Source: a virus. From it: a stretch of 64,000 nucleotides of DNA. The notes beneath the pieces were generated by a model that saw only the letters and a list, made by a program, of their open reading frames with translations, was not told where the DNA came from and searched no databases. Positions 15,370 to 25,533 of this stretch are shown here, piece by piece (the stretch's first letter is position 1; the number at the start of each line of letters is the position of its first letter). The translations under genes and the position numbers were made by a program. The stretch covers positions 1 to 64,000 of IMG/VR virus record IMGVR_UViG_3300008117_000010. One strand, 5' to 3'.

Positions 15370-15863
15370 CATATGAACTAAAAGCTGAATTTGCAGTTGA
15401 AATAGCAGATAGTTTTGTAGGTATTAAAGAGAAAGGTAGCAATTCAGGTTTTAATCATCCCACTTTTGAGATGATGATGAAGAATGTAGGATGGTATAAA
15501 GGTGCTCCCTGGTGTGCATATATATTAAAACTTATTTATAGTATAGCAGAAATAGAAAATACTATAACCGGTTGGAGCCCAAGTGCGTACAATAAAAAGA
15601 ATATTGTTTATACAAACGGTAAACTTTATAAACCTATTGAACCAGGAGATGCAGGAACCTTATCTTATAATAAATTTAAAGGAAATAAAAGTAGATATAA
15701 AGGTATAGGTCATGCATTTATTGTTAAACAACATAGAGGAAATGCAGTTGTAACAATAGAAGGAAATACTGATTCTGATTCTGGTAGAGAAGGAGATGGT
15801 GTATACGAAAAAATAAGACCCTTAAATTCAAACTTACATATTACACGATGGAACACAAAATAA
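15279..15863 (+). CDS. CHAP-domain endolysin with N-terminal signal/anchor
   Basis: APWCA catalytic Cys, GHAFIV catalytic His, TIEGNT motif. Confidence 0.85.
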   Translation: MVKTIILSICIFLIPICTYPRIQIYSSDNITYELKAEFAVEIADSFVGIKEKGSNSGFNHPTFEMMMKNVGWYKGAPWCAYILKLIYSIAEIENTITGWSPSAYNKKNIVYTNGKLYKPIEPGDAGTLSYNKFKGNKSRYKGIGHAFIVKQHRGNAVVTIEGNTDSDSGREGDGVYEKIRPLNSNLHITRWNTK

Positions 15864-16243
15864 ATTGGGATAAAATTGCCCTGTATGTTGTAGTAATGAT
15901 TGCTTTTATATACCTAATAAGTGTATTAAAAGAACTTAAACCACAAACTGATGTATTAAATACTACATTAGATACATCAGAAATTGAAAAATTAATTAAG
16001 GAAAAAGATAGTCTAGTTAATGCGATGGATAAATTGCAATTAGACTATGAATATGAGACTAATGATAGGATAAACAATATAACTAACTCTAATAATAATA
16101 AACAAAATGAAATTAATAATATTCCTAACCTCCGTAATGTTGAGCGTGACAGTATTTGGTCAATACTTCTCACCTCAAAGGATAGTCTTCCGCAGAGATA
16201 CTGGGATCTTCTTGAACAAACAACAAGAAGAAAAGGTACTTGA
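15848..16243 (+). CDS. Spanin-like inner-membrane coiled-coil protein
   Basis: N-terminal TM plus coiled coil, follows the endolysin. Confidence 0.5.
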   Translation: MEHKINWDKIALYVVVMIAFIYLISVLKELKPQTDVLNTTLDTSEIEKLIKEKDSLVNAMDKLQLDYEYETNDRINNITNSNNNKQNEINNIPNLRNVERDSIWSILLTSKDSLPQRYWDLLEQTTRRKGT

Positions 16244-16553
16244 AACCTTTAAATGGAAGTTAGTATATCAAGAAAACTTAGATAGTATGTTTCTTCAAGC
16301 ATATGATTGCGCATTATATGTAGAAGAATTACAAAATAACTACTTTAGCCTTAGTAATAAATTTGATGGTCTTGAACAAGAATGTATAATGCTAGAAAAG
16401 GATTGTATAAATAAGCTATCAGATCAACAAAAATTAATCATAGAAAAAGAAAATCAGCTTATATCTGAACAAGAAAAGAAAAGAACTTGGAGAGGTATTG
16501 CAATTGGTGAAGGAATATTTATTACTTTAGTAATCGCTTTAATAGCGCTTTAA
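16107..16553 (+). CDS. Spanin-like partner protein
   Basis: Overlaps the previous gene by 137 nt; signal peptide, coiled coil, C-terminal hydrophobic segment. Confidence 0.45.
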   Translation: MKLIIFLTSVMLSVTVFGQYFSPQRIVFRRDTGIFLNKQQEEKVLETFKWKLVYQENLDSMFLQAYDCALYVEELQNNYFSLSNKFDGLEQECIMLEKDCINKLSDQQKLIIEKENQLISEQEKKRTWRGIAIGEGIFITLVIALIAL

Positions 16554-16578
16554 CCAAATATAACTTGTAACAATAATG

Positions 16579-16603
16579 AGGCCTGCTATATGCAGGCTTT
16601 ATT
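16579..16603 (+). terminator. Intrinsic terminator
   Basis: GCCTGC-TATAT-GCAGGC followed by TTTT. Confidence 0.65.
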
Positions 16604-16617
16604 ATTTATAAGAAAAC

Positions 16618-16649
16618 TTTGGAAGTTTAAATCATATATAATATATTTG
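16618..16649 (+). promoter_or_regulatory. Bacteroidota sigma70-type promoter
   Basis: TTTG (16618-21), 20-nt spacer, TATATTTG (16642-49): full -33/-7 consensus. Confidence 0.7.
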
Positions 16650-16671
16650 TTTAAACTTAAAAAATTCAAAC

Positions 16672-16911
16672 ATGTCTGAAAACCAACAATTATCTCCAGA
16701 AGAACTGGAAGCAAAGCGTCAAGAACTCATTGATTTTTACTCAAATCAAATTCCCATATTAAAAATGCGAAAAGAATATGAGGAATTACAAACTGAAATC
16801 CAGGAATTACAAACGCGTAAAGTATACGCTCAAGTAAAGATGGCTCAAATGATGTATAACTCAAATAACGAAGACAATGGCACTAGTGAATCAAGTGAAC
16901 AAAATAGTTAA
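16672..16911 (+). CDS. Coiled-coil hypothetical protein
   Basis: First gene after the promoter. Confidence 0.7.
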   Translation: MSENQQLSPEELEAKRQELIDFYSNQIPILKMRKEYEELQTEIQELQTRKVYAQVKMAQMMYNSNNEDNGTSESSEQNS

Positions 16912-17251
16912 AATGGACTTATGGAATATTGTTAAGTATCAGATTGCTACGCACTGTTATTTAAAAGATATTTCATTATCACAAACAGATCTTAATTGTT
17001 TGACACTGTTAGCTTTATCTGGTGAAAAAGAATTACCAGAATTCTGTGAATTAGCTGCAGAACAAAAGATATTTAAAAGCGTTCAAACTGTTCGTAATGC
17101 ATTAGCTAAAGCAGAGAAAAAGAAGCTTATTTCAAAAGACGGTAAAAACAAAAAGAAAATTAAAATATCAAATGAGATAAATGTTCAAACAGATGGCAAC
17201 ATCCTTTTAGTTCACAAACTTGTTTACGTAGCCAATGAAAAAGTCGCGTGA
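16877..17251 (+). CDS. Putative winged-HTH DNA-binding protein
   Basis: FKSVQTVRNALAKAEKKKLISK resembles a recognition helix plus wing. Confidence 0.5.
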   Translation: MALVNQVNKIVKMDLWNIVKYQIATHCYLKDISLSQTDLNCLTLLALSGEKELPEFCELAAEQKIFKSVQTVRNALAKAEKKKLISKDGKNKKKIKISNEINVQTDGNILLVHKLVYVANEKVA

Positions 17252-17591
17252 TATTAAGAATATAATAGCTGAAAGGTTATCATATGATAAAGATATAATT
17301 GATGCAGTAATTGACTTTTATTGGTCAACAGTAAGAAAAAAATTAAGCTCTTTAGATTTTCATAGAGTTTATATTGAATCTCTTGGAGACTTTTATATAA
17401 GACAAAAGCCATTAAATATCTTTATTGAAAAGCAGATTTACTATATAGCTAAACTTGATAGAACAAATTTTCAAAGTTTTCCAAGATATCAAGAAGCTCA
17501 AGAAAAACTTTTAAAGCTAAAAAATATTCAACAAGTCATTGATCTAGAAACACTTAGAAAAAACCAAATAAAAAATGAACGTGTTAAATAA
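17235..17591 (+). CDS. HU/IHF-like protein
   Basis: IAERLSYDKDIIDAVID...RVYIESLGDFYI matches the HU-fold pattern. Confidence 0.6.
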   Translation: MKKSRDIKNIIAERLSYDKDIIDAVIDFYWSTVRKKLSSLDFHRVYIESLGDFYIRQKPLNIFIEKQIYYIAKLDRTNFQSFPRYQEAQEKLLKLKNIQQVIDLETLRKNQIKNERVK

Positions 17592-17817
17592 AGTAAAACA
17601 AATATTACAAGGATGGTGGTATCGATGGTTTCCAAATCCTGAAATAGAAAAGATTGCTGCTGAAAGAATGCGTATATGTGCAAATTGTCCATTCATTGAT
17701 TTTACTGGAAAGCATTGTGCAGTTCCTAAAACTGAACCATGTTGTTCAGATTGTGGATGTAGTCTCGCAGCGGCAACAAGATCTCCCGAATATTCATGTC
17801 CTAAAAACAAATGGTGA
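17575..17817 (+). CDS. Small Cys-rich Zn-binding protein
   Basis: RMRICANCP...CSDCGC...CPKNKW. Confidence 0.7.
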   Translation: MNVLNKVKQILQGWWYRWFPNPEIEKIAAERMRICANCPFIDFTGKHCAVPKTEPCCSDCGCSLAAATRSPEYSCPKNKW

Positions 17818-18635
17818 TGTCAGTAATATTTGAACCAAAAGAACATAAATATATAAGCAGTAATCCTGATGAAAAAATTAATTGGGTAAGTGTAACTGGT
17901 TGTATATCAATGCTTAAAGAAAAATTTGATGCAGATAATGCAGCTGAGAAAGCATCTAAAAATAAAAAGTCCAAGTGGTATAACATGGCACCAGAAGAAA
18001 TAAAACTAAGATGGACACAAGAAAATGAAAAATCTGTAAAGCTTGGTAGATGGTATCATGATCAAAGAGAACGTGATATCTTAAATCTAAATAGTATTAC
18101 AAGAGAAGGTTTACCATTACCAGTATTTCAAGTAAATGAAGTTGATGGTATTAAATATGCTCCAGATCAAAAGCTTGCTGATGGTATTTATCCTGAACAT
18201 TTAGTTTATTTAAAATCAGCAGGTATATGTGGTCAAGCAGATAGAGTTGAAGTAGTTAACGGCGTTGTAAACGTATATGACTATAAAACCAATAAAGAAA
18301 TAAAAGAATCATCGTACGTAAATTGGGAAGGTATAAGTCAAAAAATGATTGGGCCTGTAGCACATCTTGACGATTGTAATTTAAATCATTATAATCTTCA
18401 GTTGAGTATATATATGTATATCATTATAAAACATAATCCTAGACTTAAACCAGGTAAGCTTATTGTTGATCATATCAAATTTGCTGGTGAAGTTGATGAA
18501 TACGGTAGCAGAATTTTAAAATATGACGCTAATAATGATCCAATTGTAGAGGAGATTAAAAGATATGATTTACCATATCTTAAAAAAGAAGTAATAGATA
18601 TTATTCAATACCTTAAAGATTATGGCACAACTTAA
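17811..18635 (+). CDS. PD-(D/E)xK exonuclease
   Basis: SVT, PEH, GQADR, DYKT and YNLQLSIY motifs. Confidence 0.85.
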   Translation: MVMSVIFEPKEHKYISSNPDEKINWVSVTGCISMLKEKFDADNAAEKASKNKKSKWYNMAPEEIKLRWTQENEKSVKLGRWYHDQRERDILNLNSITREGLPLPVFQVNEVDGIKYAPDQKLADGIYPEHLVYLKSAGICGQADRVEVVNGVVNVYDYKTNKEIKESSYVNWEGISQKMIGPVAHLDDCNLNHYNLQLSIYMYIIIKHNPRLKPGKLIVDHIKFAGEVDEYGSRILKYDANNDPIVEEIKRYDLPYLKKEVIDIIQYLKDYGTT

Positions 18636-19272
18636 TGCAAACTTTCCTTATATAGAATGTTATATAAGAAATGAATTTATATTAGATACTTGGGGTGTAA
18701 CACCAGGATATATTTTTGGAGTTAAGTCTATGATTAATAGACCATTACACTTTCATTTTCAATCTAATTTTGGAGCTATATTTTGGAATATGCCAATATC
18801 TGCATTTGTTCATCATGAAAATTATGATAAGTTAGATAATGATGAAGAAGTTAGATTGTCTTTATTACAATCGTGGGATTGTCAAAGTAATAATATTGCA
18901 GTTACAACATTTGCTTTCTTACAAAATAAGATGGTAGATGTTTTTTGTAGAGATCGTGTATGGAGATCCGGTTACTATATAACTACTATAGATGATTACG
19001 AAGGAGATCTAAATGAATTAAATGTTGGATACTCCAATGATCAAGATAGTAAGTGTTATCACTTTATAATGTTAAGTGATGGTAACTTCTGTGCCCAACC
19101 AAATAATTTATTAAGATGGCATAATCCAGATTTTATCGTACCTTATAATAAGGATAGTCCTCCAAAAATTCAAATTTTTAAAGATCCTCTTTCATCGGAA
19201 AGAATTGATAGGACATATGGTAACAGTCCATATTATTTTTATGGTGCTGGAGAAAAAAAAGATAATGTATGA
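18622..19272 (+). CDS. Conserved hypothetical phage protein
   Basis: LNANFPYIECYIR, WDC and GNFCAQPNN motifs. Confidence 0.7.
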   Translation: MAQLNANFPYIECYIRNEFILDTWGVTPGYIFGVKSMINRPLHFHFQSNFGAIFWNMPISAFVHHENYDKLDNDEEVRLSLLQSWDCQSNNIAVTTFAFLQNKMVDVFCRDRVWRSGYYITTIDDYEGDLNELNVGYSNDQDSKCYHFIMLSDGNFCAQPNNLLRWHNPDFIVPYNKDSPPKIQIFKDPLSSERIDRTYGNSPYYFYGAGEKKDNV

Positions 19273-19787
19273 TAATAAAGTTATTTGATATTCAGAATGG
19301 TAAAGTGATTCCAATGGAACATTGTTATACTTTACAGACACTTAAAAATATTATGGATAACTATCCTGAAGATTATTTAAAAATCTTTCAGTATATCTTT
19401 TATATGACGTGTCCTAATCCAGATTTAAATCCATTCTTTCATACTCTAGAAGATGAAAAAGAAGAAATAATTCTCTATGAATTAGATGCAAACTTTAATG
19501 TAGAAGATGATTTAATTATTGAAGCATTAAACTTCTGTAAGAAAATGTATGAAACTCCTACAAGTAGAGCATACGAGGGTATTAAAAAAGCATTAGATCG
19601 TATTGGACGATATATGTCAAACACTGCTATTACAGATGGTAAGGATGGTAACATTAATCAAATACGAGCTATGGCTAAAGATTTTGATGCAATAAGACAA
19701 TCATTTAAAGGTGCATATAAAGATTTACAAGATGAACAAAAGAGCCATGTCCGCGGTGGACAAGGTCTTGCATACGATCAAATGTAA
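19269..19787 (+). CDS. Putative terminase small subunit
   Basis: Helical protein upstream of the large terminase ending in VRGGQ; inferred from position. Confidence 0.45.
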   Translation: MIIKLFDIQNGKVIPMEHCYTLQTLKNIMDNYPEDYLKIFQYIFYMTCPNPDLNPFFHTLEDEKEEIILYELDANFNVEDDLIIEALNFCKKMYETPTSRAYEGIKKALDRIGRYMSNTAITDGKDGNINQIRAMAKDFDAIRQSFKGAYKDLQDEQKSHVRGGQGLAYDQM

Positions 19788-19791
19788 TATT

Positions 19792-20454
19792 ATGTCTAAA
19801 ACAAACATTGAAAAAAATGCTCCTAAAGGAGATGTTAAGTTTTCTTTATCTCTTACAGAGGAACAGAAAGCTGCAAAATCTAAAATTTTAGAAACTCCAA
19901 TTAACTTTTTAATTGGTCAAGCAGGAACAGGAAAGACTTTGGTTGCTGTTCAAATTGCTTTAGACATGTTTTTTAAAAGACTGATTAACAAAATTATTAT
20001 AACAAGACCTACTATTTCTACTGAAGAAAATGGTTTTTTACCAGGCTCTCTATCAGAGAAGATGGAACCTTGGTTAGTTCCTATTAGATCTAATATGCAA
20101 AAGGTATATGCTAAACCTGAAATATTAGAAAAGATGGAACAAAGTCATGATATTGAATTAGTTTCATTAAGTCATTTTCGTGGTAGGACTTTTGATAATG
20201 CTGTGTGTATAGTAGATGAATTTCAGAATCTTACTAAATCACAATTACAGATGTGTCTAGGTCGTCTAGGTAAAGACTCTAAAATTATCTTTACTGGAGA
20301 TAGTCAACAAATAGACCTTAGACCAAGAGACTTTTCTGCTGTTCATGACATATTTAAGATTGAGAATTCACAGTATGTAAGCAAGATTATTCTTAAAGAG
20401 AATCACAGACATGAAGCTCTTGAGGAAATATTTAAACTATTAAATGAATATTAA
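19792..20454 (+). CDS. phoH: PhoH-family ATPase
   Basis: GQAGTGKT, GFLPG, RGRTF, DEFQN and TGDxxQID PhoH motifs; ATG at 19792. Confidence 0.92.
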   Translation: MSKTNIEKNAPKGDVKFSLSLTEEQKAAKSKILETPINFLIGQAGTGKTLVAVQIALDMFFKRLINKIIITRPTISTEENGFLPGSLSEKMEPWLVPIRSNMQKVYAKPEILEKMEQSHDIELVSLSHFRGRTFDNAVCIVDEFQNLTKSQLQMCLGRLGKDSKIIFTGDSQQIDLRPRDFSAVHDIFKIENSQYVSKIILKENHRHEALEEIFKLLNEY

Positions 20455-22660
20455 TATGTCATTTATATCAGTTCCTACATATAATGGTGAGTGGTCATAT
20501 ACTGAATTTGAAACACGAGAATCTTTTAGAGACTATTTAGTATCTATTTTTAAAGAACCCGGTGAATATGGTTTTGATGAAATGTCGAAACTATTTAATG
20601 AGCAAGCACAAAACTTTAATAAAAGTGGATTCTACTGTTCATTCCCAGAAGGAACTAAAGACTTTAGAAAGTATTGGGATAATGAAAAAGAAAAATGTCG
20701 TAAGGGAGTAATCTTTATATCTGATGACAAGCATTGGTATATCACTAGAGATTACTATATGTGGCTTAACTTTCTACCAATCTTTAATAAAGAGATACAG
20801 AAGTTTGGTTTTGCGGATGTACGTGATGCTCAATACCATATGGCATTATATGAGGTTATTGCAGAACTTAGTTATAAACATGCAGCGATTCTTAAAAAAC
20901 GACAGATTGCATCATCATATTTACATGCTGGTAAATTAATTAATCAGTTATGGTTTGAAGAAGGGGTTACTCTTAAAATGGGAGCTAGCCTAAAAGATTA
21001 TATAAATGAAAAGGGAACATGGAAGTTTTTAAATGAATATGAAACCTTTTTAAATAAACATACTGCATGGTATAGACCAATGAATCCACATAAGGCTTTA
21101 TTCTGGCAACAAAAAATTGAAACAGAAACTCATGTAGGAAATAAAAAGCGTAAATCAGAAATTGGTCTTAAGGGTGTAATACAAGGTATGTCTTTTGAAA
21201 AAGATCCTACAAGTGGCGTAGGTGGACCTTGTAAATACTTCTTTCATGAAGAAGCAGGTATTGCTCCTAAGATGGATGAAACATTTGGTTATATAAAACC
21301 TGCACTTAAATCAGGTATGATAACTACAGGTATGTTTATTGCCGCTGGTTCTGTGGGTGATTTGGATCAATGTGAACCATTAAAGGATATGATACTTGAT
21401 CCTGATGCTCATGATATTTATCCAGTTAAATCAAACTTAATTGATAAACATAATACTATTGGTTTTAGTGGATTATTTATTCCGGAACAATGGTCTATGC
21501 CCCCATACATTGATGAATATGGAAATTCATTAGTAGAAGAAGCTTTAGTTGCATTAGATGAATACTTTATAGAATGTAAAAGAAAGATGTCTCCTCAAGC
21601 TTATCAACTTGAAATTTCACAGCATCCAAGAAATATTGAGGAAGCATTTGCATTTAGAAAAGAATCAGTTTTTCCACTAGAATTAGTTGGAGCTCAACTT
21701 CGAAGAATAGAAGATAAAGTATATCCATATGAACATCTTGAGATATATAGAAATGCAGAAGGTTATCCTGCTGTAAAAGAGACAAATAAATTACCAATAC
21801 TAGAATTTCCAATATCTAAAAAAACAGAAGATAAAACAGGTTGCTTAGTTGTATATGAAAGACCAAGAAGCAATACAGATTTTGGAACTTATTATGCATC
21901 TATTGACCCTGTTTCAGAAGGTAAAACAACTACATCTGAATCTCTTTGTTCAATTATAGTTTATCGTAATCCAACAGAGGTTACAAAAATTAATGGTGAA
22001 GAGACAGAAACATATATTGAACATGATATGATTGTTGCTACATGGTGTGGACGATATGATGATTTAAAGAAAACACATGAACAACTTGAACTTATTATTG
22101 AATGGTATAATGCTTGGACTATTGTTGAAAACAACGTAAGTCTATTTATTCAATATATGATAAGTAGAAAAAAACAAAAATATTTAGTACCGAGAAGTCA
22201 AATATTATTTCTAAAAGAATTAGGCGCTAATGCTAATGTATATCAAGAATATGGTTGGAAAAATACAGGAACAATTTTTAAGAGTCATATGCTCAGTTAT
22301 GGTATCCAGTTTTTACAAGAAGAGTTGGATGTTATTACAAAAGATAATGGAGAAATTGTCAAAACTATTTATGGTGTTGAACGCATTCCTGATCTAATGC
22401 TCTTAAAAGAAATGGTAAGTTATTATGATGGTTTAAACGTTGACCGACTAGTAACTTATTGTGCATTAGTCGCATTTGCAAAAGTGCAACAAGCTAATAG
22501 AGGTTTTAAAAAACGCATTGATATAATTGAAAGACCCAAATCATTGCAAAAAGGTAATAAATTTAGTAAATTAAATATGAGCCCATTCCGTCATTTAGGC
22601 GGAAACCAGCAATTTACAAACATGAAAATGCCAAAAAAAGCATTTAGAAATTTAAAATAA
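20444..22660 (+). CDS. terL: Terminase large subunit
   Basis: KKRQIASS Walker A variant, FFHEEAG Walker B, IDP...ENN...D nuclease motifs; precedes the portal. Confidence 0.9.
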   Translation: MNINMSFISVPTYNGEWSYTEFETRESFRDYLVSIFKEPGEYGFDEMSKLFNEQAQNFNKSGFYCSFPEGTKDFRKYWDNEKEKCRKGVIFISDDKHWYITRDYYMWLNFLPIFNKEIQKFGFADVRDAQYHMALYEVIAELSYKHAAILKKRQIASSYLHAGKLINQLWFEEGVTLKMGASLKDYINEKGTWKFLNEYETFLNKHTAWYRPMNPHKALFWQQKIETETHVGNKKRKSEIGLKGVIQGMSFEKDPTSGVGGPCKYFFHEEAGIAPKMDETFGYIKPALKSGMITTGMFIAAGSVGDLDQCEPLKDMILDPDAHDIYPVKSNLIDKHNTIGFSGLFIPEQWSMPPYIDEYGNSLVEEALVALDEYFIECKRKMSPQAYQLEISQHPRNIEEAFAFRKESVFPLELVGAQLRRIEDKVYPYEHLEIYRNAEGYPAVKETNKLPILEFPISKKTEDKTGCLVVYERPRSNTDFGTYYASIDPVSEGKTTTSESLCSIIVYRNPTEVTKINGEETETYIEHDMIVATWCGRYDDLKKTHEQLELIIEWYNAWTIVENNVSLFIQYMISRKKQKYLVPRSQILFLKELGANANVYQEYGWKNTGTIFKSHMLSYGIQFLQEELDVITKDNGEIVKTIYGVERIPDLMLLKEMVSYYDGLNVDRLVTYCALVAFAKVQQANRGFKKRIDIIERPKSLQKGNKFSKLNMSPFRHLGGNQQFTNMKMPKKAFRNLK

Positions 22661-22661
22661 T

Positions 22662-25427
22662 ATGCAAATATATAATGCCTTACAATTAAAAAATGGTGCA
22701 AAAGCGGAATACAACCGCATGGGTACTCTTAATCAACCTATTCAATTTATTCCTAAAAAGAAAAAAGATCAAGAGTGGGCAGCATGGAATATGGACTGGT
22801 TAGAGTTTGAAGGTACACGTCAAGTAAGGCGTAATGCACGAAGACTTTTAAAGAACTATAAGCTTGCAAAAGGTATAATTGATAAAACTGATTATATAGT
22901 TGAAGAAGATAATGAGTATGCTGATTTAATTGAAGTGCTTACTAAAGAAGATCAATCAGCATTAGAATTAAAATTTTATCCAATAATACCTAACGTTATA
23001 AATGTTTTAGCTAACGAATTTGCTAAAAGATCTACACGTGTTACATATCGTGCTGTTGATGAGAATTCATATAACGACATGATTGAAATAAAAAGACAGC
23101 AAATTGAAGATTATCTTATATACAATGCAACGCAAGAGTTAATGCTCAAACTTTCTGATGCAGGAATGGATTTAGCTACTGAACAAGCTCAACAACAACT
23201 TGCACCGGATAATATTAAATCATTACCAGAAATACAATCTTATTTTGATAAGACTTATAGATCTAATGTTGAGCAATGGGCAGAACATCAACATAAAGAA
23301 GATAGTGAAAGATATGGTTTAGATGAATTAGAAGAGCGTGGATTCCGCGATATGTTAATTACAGATCGTGAGTTTTGGCACTTTAGAATGATGGATGATG
23401 ATTATAGTATAGAGCTATGGAACCCTGTACTAACCTTTTATAATAAATCACCAGAAGCTAGATATATATCTGAGGGTAATTGGGTTGGTAAATTTGATAT
23501 GTTCACTGTAGCAGATGTTATTGATCGCTATGGTTGGATGATGACTGAAGAACAACTTGAATCATTAGAAGCTATATATCCAGTTAGATCTGCAGGTTAT
23601 CCAATTCAAGGATATCAAAATGATGGTTCATATTATGATGCAACTAAATCTCATGCATGGAATACAAATAGACCATCATTAGGTTATCGTCAGTTTACTT
23701 CTTATTTTGACAATAGATTTCCTGGAGGCGATGTGATAGATCACATTATGTCTGAGAGTGAAGACTACTTTGATTTAGGTAATAGTAATCTTTTACGAGT
23801 TACAACTGCATATTGGAAATCTCAAGTTAAGGTTGGACACTTAACCAAGATTGATGAATCAGGCGAAGTAACTACAGAAATAGTAAGTGAAGATTATAAA
23901 ATAGTAGATAAACCACTTTATAATACAAACCTTAAATTAAATAAGACAAAAGATAATCTTATTTTTGGTGAGCATATTGATTGGATTTGGATTAATGAAG
24001 TTTGGGGTGGAATTAAAATAGGACCTCATCGTCCATCTTATTGGGGTACAGGTGATCCCGGTGGTATAACGCCTATCTATTTAGGTATTTCTCAAAACTT
24101 AATTAAGCCTTTGAAGTTCCAATTTAAAGGTGAGAATAATCTATATGGTTGTAAATTACCAGTAGAAGGTTCTATATTCTCTGATAGGAATACTAATTCA
24201 GTTTCATTAGTTGATTTAATGAAACCATTCCAAATAGCTTATAATATTGTTAATAATCAGATTGCTGATATTCTTGTTGACGAGTTAGGTACCGTTATTT
24301 TATTGGATCAAAACGCCTTACCACGTCATTCTCTTGGTGAAGACTGGGGCAAGAATAATTTAGCTAAAGCATATGTGGCAATGAAGAACTTCCAAATGTT
24401 GCCATTAGATACAACTATTACAAATACTGAAAATGCTTTAGCCTTTCAACACTACCAACCGCTGGATCTTTCTCAAACAAATAGACTACTTGGTAGAATT
24501 CAATTAGCTAACTATTTTAAAATGCAAGCCTTTGAAACAATAGGAATTACTCCTCAAAGACTTGGACAACAAATAGGTGCTGAAACAGCAACAGGAATAC
24601 AGCAATCTATTAATGCCTCATATGCTCAAACTGAAAGTTATTTTATTCAACACGCAGATTATTTAATGCCACGTGTACATAGAATGCGTACAGATTTAGC
24701 ACAATACTATCAATCAGAAAATCCATCAGTTAGATTACAGTATATTACTTCAACTGAAGAAAGAGCATTTTTTGAAATTGAAGGAACAGATCTTTTAATG
24801 CGTGATTTAAATATTCATTGTACAACTAAATCAAATCATAGAGCAATACTAGAGCAACTAAAGCAATTAGCTTTAAGTAATAATACAACTGGTGCTTCAA
24901 TTTTTGATTTAGGTAATATTGTTAAAGCAGAATCTATTTCTGAAATAAATGAAATATTAAAAGACACAGAGCAAAAATCTGAAATGCGTAGACAACAAGA
25001 AATGCAACAGCAGCAACAAATGCAGGAGCAAATGATTCAAGCTAAGCAAGAAGAAGAAAGACTTAAGCGTGAATATGAAGCTATGGAATCAGATAAAAAT
25101 CGTCAAAAGGATTTATTAATTGCTCAAATAAGAGCTGCAGGATATGGAGCTATGCAAGATATTAATCAAAACTTACAATCTGATTATATGGATGCAATAG
25201 AATCAATTCAAAAATCTGAGCAATATCAGGAACAAATGAATTTGCAATCTAATGCTCAATCACTTAGTAGTCAGCAACATAGAGATAAAATGAATATTGA
25301 ACAACAGAAATTAGCTATTGCTCAACAAAAGTTAATGACTGAATTAGAAATTGCAAAAACTAATAAAAATCAATATGACTTAATGACAAAAAGTAAGCAA
25401 GAAAAAACAAATAAAAAGAAGAAATAA
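22662..25427 (+). CDS. Portal protein
   Basis: 921 aa after terL, with GITPQRLG and a Q-rich coiled-coil C-terminus as in crAss-like portals. Confidence 0.85.
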   Translation: MQIYNALQLKNGAKAEYNRMGTLNQPIQFIPKKKKDQEWAAWNMDWLEFEGTRQVRRNARRLLKNYKLAKGIIDKTDYIVEEDNEYADLIEVLTKEDQSALELKFYPIIPNVINVLANEFAKRSTRVTYRAVDENSYNDMIEIKRQQIEDYLIYNATQELMLKLSDAGMDLATEQAQQQLAPDNIKSLPEIQSYFDKTYRSNVEQWAEHQHKEDSERYGLDELEERGFRDMLITDREFWHFRMMDDDYSIELWNPVLTFYNKSPEARYISEGNWVGKFDMFTVADVIDRYGWMMTEEQLESLEAIYPVRSAGYPIQGYQNDGSYYDATKSHAWNTNRPSLGYRQFTSYFDNRFPGGDVIDHIMSESEDYFDLGNSNLLRVTTAYWKSQVKVGHLTKIDESGEVTTEIVSEDYKIVDKPLYNTNLKLNKTKDNLIFGEHIDWIWINEVWGGIKIGPHRPSYWGTGDPGGITPIYLGISQNLIKPLKFQFKGENNLYGCKLPVEGSIFSDRNTNSVSLVDLMKPFQIAYNIVNNQIADILVDELGTVILLDQNALPRHSLGEDWGKNNLAKAYVAMKNFQMLPLDTTITNTENALAFQHYQPLDLSQTNRLLGRIQLANYFKMQAFETIGITPQRLGQQIGAETATGIQQSINASYAQTESYFIQHADYLMPRVHRMRTDLAQYYQSENPSVRLQYITSTEERAFFEIEGTDLLMRDLNIHCTTKSNHRAILEQLKQLALSNNTTGASIFDLGNIVKAESISEINEILKDTEQKSEMRRQQEMQQQQQMQEQMIQAKQEEERLKREYEAMESDKNRQKDLLIAQIRAAGYGAMQDINQNLQSDYMDAIESIQKSEQYQEQMNLQSNAQSLSSQQHRDKMNIEQQKLAIAQQKLMTELEIAKTNKNQYDLMTKSKQEKTNKKKK

Positions 25428-25533
25428 ATATCTATTGCCATATAATTAAGTTTTATTTTTTTAAGTACTTAATTTATAAAGTTTAAATTTAGATTTTTAC
25501 ATAAATTATTATTGAACATTAAACCAACAAAAT

